Shown: positions 21,478-32,440 of the stretch, in pieces
How positions within the stretch are numbered: the stretch's first letter is position 1
How the letters are laid out: each line of letters opens with the position of its first letter
Assembly (NCBI GenBank): GCA_051251915.1
Contig: JBPOGF010000008.1
Coordinates: forward strand, 96,306 to 160,305
DNA from: Akkermansiaceae bacterium
GTDB lineage: Bacteria > Verrucomicrobiota > Verrucomicrobiia > Verrucomicrobiales > Akkermansiaceae
Direction of reading: 5' to 3'
DNA length: 64,000 bases
The notes under the pieces: model-generated
What the model saw: the letters and a program-made list of their open reading frames with translations, nothing else
Told to the model about the DNA's origin: nothing
Database searches by the model: none
Position numbers and translations under genes: made by a program

Positions 21478-22161
21478 ATGAGCAAATCTAGCTGTTCTCT
21501 CTGCCAATTTTGGCATTCATCCATCGGAAAAAAAATCATCGTCGCCATCACTGGTATCGTTCTCGTCGGCTTTCTATTAGGCCACCTCACTGGAAACTTG
21601 CTCATGTACATGGGCCCAGAAGCATTCAATGAATACGCAGAATTCCTACACACCATGCTTCACGGAGCAGGTGTCTGGATCGCACGTATCGTCCTACTTA
21701 CCTGTCTAGTTCTCCACGTCACAGCCACCATCGGCCTCGTAATCCAGAACAAAGCAGCCAAAGGCCAAAACTACGAGAAACCAGAAACAAGCGTAGCCTC
21801 TGGCTCATCACGCATCATGATCTGGTCCGGCCTCACCATCCTAGCATTCGTCATCTTCCACCTCCTACACTACACAGTCAGAGTAGATTCAGATCTCGCT
21901 AACCTCGGTGACAACGGCAACGCATACGCAATGGTAATCCTCGGATTCAAAAACGTCCTAGTCAGCATCTTCTACATCATCGCCATCACACTCCTCTGCT
22001 CACATCTCAGCCACGGAGTATCATCCATCTTCCAGACACTCGGATTAAGAACTCGCGGAAACGCAAGCCTAATCAACTGCTTCGCAAAAGGCTACACCGC
22101 CATCATCTGGATCGGCTTCGTCTCCATCCCTGTCGCCGTCCTAGCAGGTCTTCTTAAATAA
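21478..22161 (+). CDS. sdhC: Succinate dehydrogenase/fumarate reductase cytochrome b subunit
   Basis: SSIGKK, HLTGNL, five TM helices with His ligands, HLSHGVSSIFQTLG; directly upstream of sdhA. Confidence 0.9.
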   Translation: MSKSSCSLCQFWHSSIGKKIIVAITGIVLVGFLLGHLTGNLLMYMGPEAFNEYAEFLHTMLHGAGVWIARIVLLTCLVLHVTATIGLVIQNKAAKGQNYEKPETSVASGSSRIMIWSGLTILAFVIFHLLHYTVRVDSDLANLGDNGNAYAMVILGFKNVLVSIFYIIAITLLCSHLSHGVSSIFQTLGLRTRGNASLINCFAKGYTAIIWIGFVSIPVAVLAGLLK

Positions 22162-22189
22162 TCATTTCAAACTCTAACCACTTCTAACA

Positions 22190-24160
22190 ATGTCACTCAA
22201 TTCAAACGTTCCTGAAGGTCCAATCGAGCAGAAATGGACAAAGCACAAGATGGACTCTAAGCTCATCAACCCTGCTAACAAACGTAAATTCACCGTCATC
22301 GTTGTCGGCTCAGGCCTCGCCGGAGGTTCTGCAGCCGCCACACTCGCTGAGCTAGGTTACAAAGTAAAATGCTTCTGTTACCAAGACTCACCACGTAGAG
22401 CACACTCCATCGCAGCCCAGGGTGGTATCAACGCCGCCAAGAACTATCAAAACGACGGTGACTCAGTCCGCCGCCTCTTCTACGACACAGTCAAAGGTGG
22501 TGACTTCCGCTCACGTGAATCTAACGTCCACAGACTCGCAGAAGTCTCTAACAGCATTATCGACCAAGCAACAGCTCAAGGTGTCCCATTCGCTCGCGAA
22601 TACGGCGGCCTCCTAGACAACCGCTCATTCGGTGGTGCCCAAGTCTCCCGTACATTCTACGCACGTGGCCAGACTGGACAACAGCTACTCATCGGTTGCT
22701 ACCAAGCACTCGAAAAAGAAATCTCTAAAGGTGGTGTAGAAATGCACACCCGCACAGAGATGATGGACCTCGTCAAAGTAGACGGGCACGCCAAAGGCAT
22801 CGTCGTCCGCGACATGAAAACAGGAGAAATCTCCACCCACGCCGCTGACGCAGTATGTATCGCATCAGGTGGCTACGGAAACGTATTCTTCCTCTCTACA
22901 AACGCAATGGGATGTAACGTCATGGCTGCCTACAAAGCTCACAAAAAAGGAGCCTACTTCGCTAACCCATGCTACACACAGATCCACCCTACCTGTATCC
23001 CAGTTAGTGGTGACTACCAGTCCAAGCTCACACTCATGTCTGAATCACTCAGAAATGACGGCCGTATCTGGGTTCCTAAAACGAAAGAAGATGCACTCGC
23101 CATCCGTGAAGGTCTCAAGAAAGCCGTCGACATCGCTGAAGACGACAGAGACTACTACCTAGAACGTAAATACCCATCATTCGGTAACCTCTGCCCACGT
23201 GACATCGCATCCCGCGCCGCCAAAGAAGCATGTGACGACGGTCGCGGCGTAGCCCCTACCGGACTCGGAGTATACCTAGACTTCAAAGACGCCATCGCCA
23301 GACTCGGTGAAGACACCATCCGTGCCAAATACGGAAACCTCTTCCAAATGTACGAGAAGATCTCCGGTGATAACCCATACACATCACCAATGCAGATCTT
23401 CCCAGCCGTTCACTACACCATGGGCGGACTCTGGGTTGACTACAACCTCATGTCTAACCTCCCAGGACTCCACGTCCTAGGTGAAGCAAACTTCTCTGAC
23501 CACGGAGCCAACCGCCTCGGAGCCTCCGCACTCATGCAAGGACTCGCAGACGGATACTTCGTCCTTCCTACCACCATCGCAAACTACCTCGCCACCCAAA
23601 AGCCAGGTACAGTAAGCACAGATCAAGCAGAATTCAAAGAAGCCGAGCAAGCAGTTAAAGAGCAAATCAGCAAGCTCATGAACATCAAAGGTGAAAAATC
23701 CGTAGACACATTCCACCGTGAACTCGGTCAAGTCATGTGGGATCACTGCGGCATGGAACGCACCAAAGAAGGACTAGAAGCTGCCATCAAAAAAATCCCA
23801 GAAATCCGCGCAGACTTCTGGGCAAACGTCCGCATCCCAGGATCAGCAGACGGCATGAACACCGAGCTAGAAAAAGCCGCACGCCTAGCAGACTACCTAG
23901 AATTCGGAGAACTCATGTGCCATGATGCACTCAACCGTGAAGAATCATGCGGTGGTCACTTCCGTGGAGAACACCAGTTCACCACAGAATCACCAGAAGT
24001 AATCGATGGCACCACCCAACCAGGTGAAGCCCAGCGTCACGATGACGAATTCACCTACGTAGCCGCATGGCAATACAACGGTGAAGGCAACGTCCCCATC
24101 CTTCACAAAGAAGCCCTCGAATACGAAAGCATCAAACTCTCCATCCGAAGCTACAAGTAA
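22190..24160 (+). CDS. sdhA: Succinate dehydrogenase/fumarate reductase flavoprotein subunit
   Basis: [21 protein letters not shown] (covalent FAD His), [26 protein letters not shown]. Confidence 0.95.
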   Translation: MSLNSNVPEGPIEQKWTKHKMDSKLINPANKRKFTVIVVGSGLAGGSAAATLAELGYKVKCFCYQDSPRRAHSIAAQGGINAAKNYQNDGDSVRRLFYDTVKGGDFRSRESNVHRLAEVSNSIIDQATAQGVPFAREYGGLLDNRSFGGAQVSRTFYARGQTGQQLLIGCYQALEKEISKGGVEMHTRTEMMDLVKVDGHAKGIVVRDMKTGEISTHAADAVCIASGGYGNVFFLSTNAMGCNVMAAYKAHKKGAYFANPCYTQIHPTCIPVSGDYQSKLTLMSESLRNDGRIWVPKTKEDALAIREGLKKAVDIAEDDRDYYLERKYPSFGNLCPRDIASRAAKEACDDGRGVAPTGLGVYLDFKDAIARLGEDTIRAKYGNLFQMYEKISGDNPYTSPMQIFPAVHYTMGGLWVDYNLMSNLPGLHVLGEANFSDHGANRLGASALMQGLADGYFVLPTTIANYLATQKPGTVSTDQAEFKEAEQAVKEQISKLMNIKGEKSVDTFHRELGQVMWDHCGMERTKEGLEAAIKKIPEIRADFWANVRIPGSADGMNTELEKAARLADYLEFGELMCHDALNREESCGGHFRGEHQFTTESPEVIDGTTQPGEAQRHDDEFTYVAAWQYNGEGNVPILHKEALEYESIKLSIRSYK

Positions 24161-24184
24161 GGAACACCCCACACCAAAAGCCTC

Positions 24185-25051
24185 ATGATACTCACAGGAT
24201 TTGCAGATGAAGCCGGTGCTGATCTCAGCACCCAAATCAAAGCCACCAAAGAACTTGGCTGGAACTACATCTCCGCTCGCGGAATCGATGGATCAAACAT
24301 CCACGACCTAAGCGATGAGGCATTTGACAAAGCCTTTGAACAACTTGACCAAGCAGGCATTAAAATCGCCGAGTTTGGCTCCCTCATCGGCACCTGGGCA
24401 AAATCCATCGAAACAGACTTCGACATCACCCTAGCCGAAGTCGAACGCGCCATCCCAAGGATGCAACGACTCGGCACCAACATCGTTCGAGTCATGTCCT
24501 ACGCCCAAGAACCATGGGGCAGCGACCAACACGAACAAGAACGCTTCCGCAGACTCAGAGAAATCACCGCCAGATTCACCGCAGCAGGTCTCACCACCGC
24601 TCACGAAAACTGCATGAACTGGGGAGGCTTCTCCGCAGAGCACACTCTCCGCCTCATCGAAGAAGTTCCTGACATGAAACTCATCTTCGACACCGGAAAC
24701 CCCACCTTCCAGCGTGATCGCTCTAAACCTGACTCAAACGGAACATTCCCGTGGCAAGACAGCCTAGAATTCTACCACCAAGTCAAAGAACACGTCGCCC
24801 ACATCCACATCAAAGACTGCATCAACCCAGTCAGTGACGACGTAGAGCCAGTCTACACCTACCCAGGTGAAGGCCAAAGCCACGTCTCAGAAATCATCAC
24901 CGAGCTAAAAGCAGACAACTACAAAGGATTCATCGCCATCGAACCCCATGTAGCCACCGTCTTCCACGCCAAAGCAGACGAAATCGATTGGAAACAATGC
25001 TACGACAGTTATGTCAAATACGGCAAAGACCTAGAGTCCCTCATTGTATAA
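24185..25051 (+). CDS. Sugar phosphate isomerase/epimerase (xylose isomerase-like TIM barrel)
   Basis: TGFADEA, HEN, FDTGN, HIHIKD, IEPH metal-ligand pattern. Confidence 0.85.
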   Translation: MILTGFADEAGADLSTQIKATKELGWNYISARGIDGSNIHDLSDEAFDKAFEQLDQAGIKIAEFGSLIGTWAKSIETDFDITLAEVERAIPRMQRLGTNIVRVMSYAQEPWGSDQHEQERFRRLREITARFTAAGLTTAHENCMNWGGFSAEHTLRLIEEVPDMKLIFDTGNPTFQRDRSKPDSNGTFPWQDSLEFYHQVKEHVAHIHIKDCINPVSDDVEPVYTYPGEGQSHVSEIITELKADNYKGFIAIEPHVATVFHAKADEIDWKQCYDSYVKYGKDLESLIV

Positions 25052-25152
25052 CTTACCATCTGCCATCTTCTCCACACGGCACAAACATGCAGTTAACTTG
25101 GCTCATTAAAATTCGTATTGAATTCCCCTCCCCCATTGCACACACTTAACTT

Positions 25153-26046
25153 GTGATAGCAAAACCAAGTATCGGCGACAAATTCGCTTACTACGCGCTC
25201 CTCGTTTTTGAAAAACCTTTCGGAGTCATACCCACATCATGGATGTGGCGCATTGGCGCCGGTATTGGCTGCATTGCCCATAAACTCGCTAAAAAGCGCC
25301 GCGCCATCGTCCAAGCAAACCTCAAAATCGTCCACCCCAACCTCCCCGCGGAGCAGCTCCAAGATTTATCAAAAGAAGTATTCCGTAAGTCCTTTGCAAA
25401 CCTCGCGAGCTCCATCAACACCGGCTTCATCTCCTCAAAAAAAATCCCCAACATTGTCACCATCAAAGGTCAACAACACATCGATAACCTAGACCCTAAA
25501 AAGGGCTGCATCATGCTACTTTTCCACATGGGCAACTGGGAAGTCCTCAGCCGCATTGCCCCCCTTTTTAATTCAGAAAAGCCATCAGCTGCAATGTTCA
25601 GACCACTCAACAACTCTCTCATCAACGACCACATCACCCAAAGCAGAGAAAAAGACGGAACCAAATTATTTGGCCGTAAACGCGGACTCATCCAAGCCAG
25701 CAAATTCCTCCGTGACGGCGGCATCCTAGGCATCCTAGGTGACCAGCACGCAGGCGGAGCCGGAATCACCCTACCACTATTCGGAAAAGAAACATCCATC
25801 ACCCCTCTCCCCACAATGTTGGCTCAGAAATACGACTGCCCCATCATCCCAGTCACCGTCAGCACCATTTCATCAGGTAAATGGACCATTGAATTTGCTC
25901 AACCATTCAGCATCCCCGCCGATCTAGATAAAACGGCCGCCACCAAACTACTAATCCCAGTCATGGAAAACGTCATGACCGAGCACTGCTCAGACATCTT
26001 CTGGCTACACGACCGATGGAAGCTCAAACACAGCCTCCGCAACTAA
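25153..26046 (+). CDS. lpxL: Lipid A late acyltransferase (LpxL/HtrB family)
   Basis: HMGNWE, LGDQ, PLFG, WLHDRWK; GTG start. Confidence 0.8.
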   Translation: MIAKPSIGDKFAYYALLVFEKPFGVIPTSWMWRIGAGIGCIAHKLAKKRRAIVQANLKIVHPNLPAEQLQDLSKEVFRKSFANLASSINTGFISSKKIPNIVTIKGQQHIDNLDPKKGCIMLLFHMGNWEVLSRIAPLFNSEKPSAAMFRPLNNSLINDHITQSREKDGTKLFGRKRGLIQASKFLRDGGILGILGDQHAGGAGITLPLFGKETSITPLPTMLAQKYDCPIIPVTVSTISSGKWTIEFAQPFSIPADLDKTAATKLLIPVMENVMTEHCSDIFWLHDRWKLKHSLRN

Positions 26047-27047
26047 AGCCCCAGCCGCTCACACTGGTAATCCACAAAATCTGGATGATCCAAGTACCAC
26101 TGCACCGTCTCCCGTAGCCCCTCCTCAAAAGTCCTCTCTGCAGCCCACCCCAGTTCAGCCTTCACCTTCGTAGCATCTATCGCATAACGCGCATCATGCC
26201 CAGGCCTATCCACCACAAACTCAATCAACTCCTCCCCTAAATCCAGCTCAGCCAAGATCCCCCTCACCACCTCCAAATTAGTCCGCTCACTATCTCCCCC
26301 TACATTATATTTCTCCCCACAGCGTCCCTTGTCAAAAATCATCCACAACGCCCGCACATGATCCTCCACATGTAGCCAGTCCCGCACCTGCTGCCCATCA
26401 CCATACACAGGTAGTTTCTCACCAGCCAACGCCTTCCGTATCATCAGCGGAATCAACTTCTCAGGAAACTGATACGGCCCATAATTATTAGAACAATTAG
26501 AAATCACCACCGGCAAGCCATACGTCCGCCCCCAAGCCATCACCAAATGATCAGACGCCGCCTTAGATGCAGAATAAGGTGATGATGGATCATAAACTGA
26601 CTCCTCAGTAAACTTACCCCCAGCCCCCAAAGAACCATAAACCTCATCCGTAGATACATGTAAAAACTTAAACCCACAAAACTGACCCCTAGCCTGCCAA
26701 TACTCCAGCGACGCATCTAACAAAACCTGAGTCCCCACCACATTCGTCCGTATAAACCCCGCCGCAGACTCTATCGACCTATCCACATGACTCTCCGCCG
26801 CCAAATGAATCACCCCATCCGGCTCATACTCCTCAAAAATCTCCCCCATCCTAACAGCATCACAAACATCCGCCTCCACAAAATCATACCCCTCACCCAG
26901 TTCAGATAAAGCCGATAAATTCGCAGCATAAGTAAGCTTATCCACATTCACCACCTGCACCTCCCCCTCAGACACTAGCCACCTGCACAGCGCTCCACCA
27001 ATAAACCCTGCCCCACCTGTAATAATGATTGTTCTCATAGTATTCAA
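26043..27047 (-). CDS. rfbB: dTDP-glucose 4,6-dehydratase
   Basis: [57 protein letters not shown]. Confidence 0.95.
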   Translation of the reverse strand: MNTMRTIIITGGAGFIGGALCRWLVSEGEVQVVNVDKLTYAANLSALSELGEGYDFVEADVCDAVRMGEIFEEYEPDGVIHLAAESHVDRSIESAAGFIRTNVVGTQVLLDASLEYWQARGQFCGFKFLHVSTDEVYGSLGAGGKFTEESVYDPSSPYSASKAASDHLVMAWGRTYGLPVVISNCSNNYGPYQFPEKLIPLMIRKALAGEKLPVYGDGQQVRDWLHVEDHVRALWMIFDKGRCGEKYNVGGDSERTNLEVVRGILAELDLGEELIEFVVDRPGHDARYAIDATKVKAELGWAAERTFEEGLRETVQWYLDHPDFVDYQCERLGL

Positions 27048-27220
27048 AGCCTTCTCTTTCTAGCTCAACAACCCAATGCTACCGCCTCTGCCAAAAAATA
27101 TCAACCAACTAGAATAAATCCCCCCCATACAAACACATACCACAACAAGAAAATATAGACATCCCTTCAGTTCCCCCCCATCATCCAGACACTCTACAAG
27201 CATAAGCCTACCTCATTAAA

Positions 27221-28309
27221 ATGACATCCACAAAACCAAAACTACTCATAGACGTAGGTAAACTAAAACACCCCAACAACGGCCTAGACACATTCCTCAG
27301 ATCCTACCTATCTCAACTAGAATCACTCCCTCAATCTGAAGAATTTGACATCCATCTACTGACACCCTCAGCTGGCATACCAGATTTCAAAACGAAATTC
27401 AACTGCATCAAACAAAGTAAACTCAAACACCTCCAAGCCCGGTTTCTAGTCAAACAATTTGACCTATGGCACTCACCCTTTCACTCATCAAACAAGGTCT
27501 CAAAGAACCCTCATTGTATACATGTCGCTACGATTCATGATTTCAACCCCCTCTACGAAAGACCAAATAAAAAGGACAGATACCTTAAACGTAGCTTGAA
27601 TCACATCATTCATACCGACCACCTCGTCTGTATTTCTCAATTCACCCAGCAAGAACTCAAAACCCACCACCCCTCGCTATCACATATCCCTAGAAAGGTG
27701 ATCTATAATGGTGTGTGTGAAACCCAGCCTGGAGAAAAGCCTACATTTGATGTCCCACAGCGGTTTCTCTTCTCATTAGGCGCATTCATGAAGAAGAAAA
27801 ACTATGCAGCCATCATCGAAATGATGCCATTCATAGACAATGATATTCACCTCATCATCGCTGGTTCAAGCAGTGGATCTTACATTGATCAACTCACCCA
27901 ACAAGTTATCAAGCTTAACTTAACCAAGCGAGTTCACCTCATTCAAAACATCTCTAACAACGATAAAAACTGGCTACTCGACAACTGTGAGGCCTTTTTA
28001 TTTCCATCCATTCTCGAAGGCTTTGGCCTACCTCCAGTTGAAGCCATGAAACACGGTAAAACAGCATTCATATTCAATCAAACCTCACTCCCAGAGGTCG
28101 TCGGAGACGCAGGAGTCATCTGGCACGATGACTCACCCCAATCAATGGCAACCGAAGTAGTAAAATTCCTCGCCAGCGACCAACACAACTCCCCAGAACA
28201 AATCAACCAAATCAAACAACACGCCGCACAGTTCTGCTGGAAGAGAATGACCCTCTCCTATCTAGATCTCTTCACCCAACTCCTCCAAAGCTCACCCCAC
28301 AAGAAATAA
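27221..28309 (+). CDS. GT4-family glycosyltransferase
   Basis: TIHD, ISQFT, IYNG, KKKNY, FPSILEGFGLPPVEAM, SLPEVVG. Confidence 0.88.
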   Translation: MTSTKPKLLIDVGKLKHPNNGLDTFLRSYLSQLESLPQSEEFDIHLLTPSAGIPDFKTKFNCIKQSKLKHLQARFLVKQFDLWHSPFHSSNKVSKNPHCIHVATIHDFNPLYERPNKKDRYLKRSLNHIIHTDHLVCISQFTQQELKTHHPSLSHIPRKVIYNGVCETQPGEKPTFDVPQRFLFSLGAFMKKKNYAAIIEMMPFIDNDIHLIIAGSSSGSYIDQLTQQVIKLNLTKRVHLIQNISNNDKNWLLDNCEAFLFPSILEGFGLPPVEAMKHGKTAFIFNQTSLPEVVGDAGVIWHDDSPQSMATEVVKFLASDQHNSPEQINQIKQHAAQFCWKRMTLSYLDLFTQLLQSSPHKK

Positions 28310-28320
28310 TCACCAAAAAA

Positions 28321-29451
28321 TTAAGCATAGTAAAAAGCCCTCACCAGCTCCTTCTCACCCTCCAAGCTCCCCACAAAAGCAGGAAACATCAAGTAATCCT
28401 CATAATACCTACAAACCTCCTCACGCATCACCTGCCTCTCCTCCTCAGTCATTCTCACAGCCCTAGCAATAGCCCCCACCAATGACTCATCATCATGAAA
28501 CGCTAAGCAATTCACCCCATCCTCTAACTCAGGCATAAAATAATCAGAATACTCCAAGATCGGCACACACCCCTGAGACATCCCCTCTATCACATTATGC
28601 GCAAAAGGCATAAACGTCCCCGGAGTGCACACTATAAAATCCATCTCTCCTAACAACCCTAGATACTTCTCAAAAGGAATTAAACCACCACTCCTTCTAG
28701 CTTCCCTATCATACCGCGGCACAAACACACGCTCTCGGTCCTCCTCCAACACCTCCCCAACACCATCAAAATTCTCATAACTCACCAGATTCAAATCAGA
28801 ATCCATCAGCACATCTAACGCCTGTATCCGAGTCATCACATCATGTGATTTCACAAAATCCGAGTCATATGACGAAGTAACATTACCCACAAAAAACACC
28901 CCAAACCGCCTCATCTTCGCAATATCTATCACACTTAACCTAGGCACATCAGAAATATCAGGATGGACCTGATAAGGCATCCACCGCCTACCAGCCAGCG
29001 GCCGCGAACTCATGCTCAACTGAATAGCCAGCTTAAACCCCTCCGTCCTACACAACTCACCCTCCCTATCACACCAAAAGTAATCCACTTCATCCGAATT
29101 TGCTATCAGATCCCTTCTATCTATAAACTGAATCTTACCCGCCTCTATCATAGGCCTACAATACCTCTTCTTATACAGCGCACCCACCACCCAAAGCTTC
29201 CTCACCACATACACAATATGCCCAGAATCAACCAACCCCCTAACCATCCCCTGAAAATAACGACCAGAATCAGTCAAAACCTCAGTCGTCTTCACATCAA
29301 TCACACTAACTACTGAACTCTCCAACTCAGTCACCAACGGCACAGACAAATATTGCCTATAACACTTCGGCATCAAATAAGACCGATACTTCCGAAAACC
29401 ATCCTCCACAAAGTGCCCTGCCCTCTTATAGTAAAATTTCCAACCTTTCAT
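28321..29451 (-). CDS. Putative glycosyltransferase (exostosin/GT47-like C-terminal motif)
   Basis: FFVG...R, DFIVCTPG, HNVIEGMSQGCVPI, DGVNC; lies within the LPS cluster. Confidence 0.5.
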   Translation of the reverse strand: MKGWKFYYKRAGHFVEDGFRKYRSYLMPKCYRQYLSVPLVTELESSVVSVIDVKTTEVLTDSGRYFQGMVRGLVDSGHIVYVVRKLWVVGALYKKRYCRPMIEAGKIQFIDRRDLIANSDEVDYFWCDREGELCRTEGFKLAIQLSMSSRPLAGRRWMPYQVHPDISDVPRLSVIDIAKMRRFGVFFVGNVTSSYDSDFVKSHDVMTRIQALDVLMDSDLNLVSYENFDGVGEVLEEDRERVFVPRYDREARRSGGLIPFEKYLGLLGEMDFIVCTPGTFMPFAHNVIEGMSQGCVPILEYSDYFMPELEDGVNCLAFHDDESLVGAIARAVRMTEEERQVMREEVCRYYEDYLMFPAFVGSLEGEKELVRAFYYA

Positions 29452-29610
29452 CTAATAACTTCACGCTAGTAAATAGAAAATGCACTGTCGACACGTAAAT
29501 ATCTCCATACAAAAAAATAGACATTCCCCCTATTTTATCCACTATCACTCTCCACACTCCTAACCATTTCTGAAGCAAAACACCATCACCAGAAACCACC
29601 ACCATCGCCC

Positions 29611-30564
29611 ATGGGAAAACACATCAACATCATCGCAAGAAGTAACGGAGTCGGTCTAGATAGCGATGTAGGGATTCTTAAAGCTACCCTAGAATCTGCT
29701 GGATACACCGTCACCTTCAGCCACTGTAGAGCCAAATCACTACTCTTCAGAATATCTAAGCTCTTCAGTAAAACTCACCAATTTGACGTAAACATCTTCC
29801 TCGAAAGAATCTTCCCAAACTGGATCCCAGCAGCAAAAATAAACCTCCTCATACCAAACCAAGAACGCTTCCCCCACAGGCACCTATCCCGGCTAAAAAA
29901 AATAAACCACATCCTCTGCAAATCTCAGCACGCACAGCAGATCTTCCTCAAGCACCACCCATCCTCCCACTTCATAGGATTCACCTCCAAGGACACCCAC
30001 CTGCCAGACATCACCCCAGATTACAACCAGTTCTTCCATCTCGCAGGCAGATCCACACTCAAAGGCACAGACACCATTCTCAAACTCTGGAGCCAAAACC
30101 CACACTGGCCAACCCTCAACCTAGTCCAGCACCAAGACAACGCACCAGAAAGCGTCCCAGAAAATGTCAACCTCATCGCCAAATACCTCACCACTGAGGA
30201 GCTCTACCACCTTTCCAACACCTGCGGCATACACCTCTGCCCATCCCTATCCGAGGGCTGGGGCCACTACATCGTAGAAGCCATGAGTTCATCATCAGTC
30301 GTCCTCACCACAGACGCCCCACCCATGAATGAACTCATCTCAAAGCACCGCGGCATCCTCTGCCCATACTCCCACTCAGAACCACGCCACCTCGGGACCA
30401 ATTTCCACGTAGACGAACAAGCACTTCAAGCCCACATCGAGAACATCATCTCCATGAGCACAGAAGACAAATCCACCATCGCCAACCAAGCCAGATCTTG
30501 GTTCACAGATAACCAAGTTCACTTCTCCACCACCCTCCTTCAAACTCTAAAAAAGATCCTGTGA
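29611..30564 (+). CDS. GT4-like glycosyltransferase
   Basis: NGVGL, PNQE, AGRSTLKGT, CPSLSEGWGHYIVEAM, PPMNEL. Confidence 0.8.
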   Translation: MGKHINIIARSNGVGLDSDVGILKATLESAGYTVTFSHCRAKSLLFRISKLFSKTHQFDVNIFLERIFPNWIPAAKINLLIPNQERFPHRHLSRLKKINHILCKSQHAQQIFLKHHPSSHFIGFTSKDTHLPDITPDYNQFFHLAGRSTLKGTDTILKLWSQNPHWPTLNLVQHQDNAPESVPENVNLIAKYLTTEELYHLSNTCGIHLCPSLSEGWGHYIVEAMSSSSVVLTTDAPPMNELISKHRGILCPYSHSEPRHLGTNFHVDEQALQAHIENIISMSTEDKSTIANQARSWFTDNQVHFSTTLLQTLKKIL

Positions 30565-31589
30565 CCAACCACTCCATCCAACTCATCCTCGGAAATTCTA
30601 ACAAACGCTTCTCAGGAGTCACATCCACCATGCTCCAAGTTCTCCCCCACCAGAAAGAACTCATGGAAACTGCCGTCTTAGGAAAACACCACCTATCAGA
30701 AGACACCAACTGGCTCACATTCCCCCAGTTCATCAAGCTCTGCAAACAACCCCTCCCCAGCGGCAGCCCACGCATCTACCACGCCCGCAGAAATGACGAA
30801 ATGATCCAAGCCCTAATCGCTAAAAAATTCTTCGGAGCCAAAATCAAAATCGTCTTCACCTCCACCGCCCAGCGCCACCACTCCAGATTCACCCGCTGGC
30901 TCATGAGCAAAATGGACGCTATCATCAGCACTTGCACCGCCGCTAACTCATTCCTCAAAACTCCAGCCGACATCATCATCCCCCACGGTATCGACATAGA
31001 AACCTTCACCCCCTCCACCCGAGAAAAATCAGACCACATCAACATCGGAGTCTTCGGCCGCATCCGCCCGTCCAAAGGCATAGACCTCCTCATAGACGCA
31101 GCTATCCCATTACTAAAAACTTACCCCCACGTCACTCTCAGTATCTGCGGCGAAACCACACCAAAATTCCAATCCTACCTTGATGAACAAATCAAAAAGA
31201 TTGCAGAAGCGGCAATAGGTAACCAAGTCAAATTCCTAGGAAAAGTCGCATTCCATGAACTCCCGGAACTCTACCGCAACATGGACATCGTCTGCGCCGT
31301 CAGTAGAAACGAAGGCTACGGCCTCACCCCACTAGAAGCCATGGCATCAGGAACCGCCGTCCTAACATCAGAAGCCGGAGCATGGAAAGACATCATACAA
31401 AACGGCACCCAGGGATACTGCGTCCCCACAGGCAATGTAGCAGCCATCAGAGAAAAACTAGAACTCATGATCCAGAACCCCACCACAACCCGCCAAATGG
31501 GCATCGCCGGTAGAAAACACGTAGTAACCCACTACACCAACAAAAAAGAAGCCCAGCAACTCTGCTCCTTCTTCAAGTCACTACAATAA
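30561..31589 (+). CDS. GT4 glycosyltransferase resembling LpcC/LpsB/WadC LPS-core mannosyltransferases
   Basis: KRFSGVTST, YHARRNDEM, FTSTAQRHH, PHGID, GRIRPSKG, EGYGLTPLEAMASG; GTG start overlapping the upstream stop. Confidence 0.8.
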   Translation: MTNHSIQLILGNSNKRFSGVTSTMLQVLPHQKELMETAVLGKHHLSEDTNWLTFPQFIKLCKQPLPSGSPRIYHARRNDEMIQALIAKKFFGAKIKIVFTSTAQRHHSRFTRWLMSKMDAIISTCTAANSFLKTPADIIIPHGIDIETFTPSTREKSDHINIGVFGRIRPSKGIDLLIDAAIPLLKTYPHVTLSICGETTPKFQSYLDEQIKKIAEAAIGNQVKFLGKVAFHELPELYRNMDIVCAVSRNEGYGLTPLEAMASGTAVLTSEAGAWKDIIQNGTQGYCVPTGNVAAIREKLELMIQNPTTTRQMGIAGRKHVVTHYTNKKEAQQLCSFFKSLQ

Positions 31590-31663
31590 CACACCACTAC
31601 CCCCACCAAAACCGATCATAATTTCATTGCTATCTTCTCAAGATACTCTTTATCCTAACCCTC

Positions 31664-32440
31664 ATGAGTCTCACTAGCCCAACTCTCAGCGGAGAATTCA
31701 CCCCCAGCAACGGTAGCTTCACACAACAATGCGACTCCGTCACCAAACTATTTCAAGACTCTACAGAAATCGTTCAGAAAGGCAGAAATACCCTAAAAAA
31801 AATAACCTACCAAGACACCACCTGCGTAGTAAAAGCCTTCTTCATACCCAGATTCCCCCAGAACTACAGCTACGGAACATTCTCAAAGTCAAAAGCAAAA
31901 AAATCCTACGACAACGCAAAAAAACTACTCCAACTAGGATTCTCCACACCAGCCCCAATAGGCTACTTCGAGTACCGCTCCGCATTCAAACTGCGTGCCA
32001 GCTACTACATCTGCAAGTTCGCAAATGGCACCCAAACCATGCACCAACTTCTAGATCACCCCTCCCCACCTAGCCAAGAATTCATCAAACAATTCGCCCA
32101 GTTCTGTCGTAACCTACATCTCAAAGGAATCCTCCACAGAGACTTCAACCCCAAAAACATCCTCATCTCAGACAACAAAGGAGTAAAAGACTTCTCCCTA
32201 GTAGACATCAACCGCATCACATGGTCAGCCCCTCTCTCCCTAGAGAAATCCATCGGCAGCCTAGCACGCCTCCCCTTTGATGACGCCACCAGAAACCTAC
32301 TCCTAGAACACTACGCCAAGCTAGCCAACGCAGACATAATAACCTGCCAAACTATACTCAAAAAAGCAGAATGGAAAACCCAACGCTACTTCCGCAACAA
32401 AGCACGCTTCCGTAAAATATTCCCAAAAAGGAAAAAATGA
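31664..32440 (+). CDS. Lipopolysaccharide kinase (Kdo/WaaP/InaA family)
   Basis: GRN, VVKAF, SKAKKSYDNA, TPAPIGY, LHRDFNPKNIL, LVDINR. Confidence 0.85.
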   Translation: MSLTSPTLSGEFTPSNGSFTQQCDSVTKLFQDSTEIVQKGRNTLKKITYQDTTCVVKAFFIPRFPQNYSYGTFSKSKAKKSYDNAKKLLQLGFSTPAPIGYFEYRSAFKLRASYYICKFANGTQTMHQLLDHPSPPSQEFIKQFAQFCRNLHLKGILHRDFNPKNILISDNKGVKDFSLVDINRITWSAPLSLEKSIGSLARLPFDDATRNLLLEHYAKLANADIITCQTILKKAEWKTQRYFRNKARFRKIFPKRKK

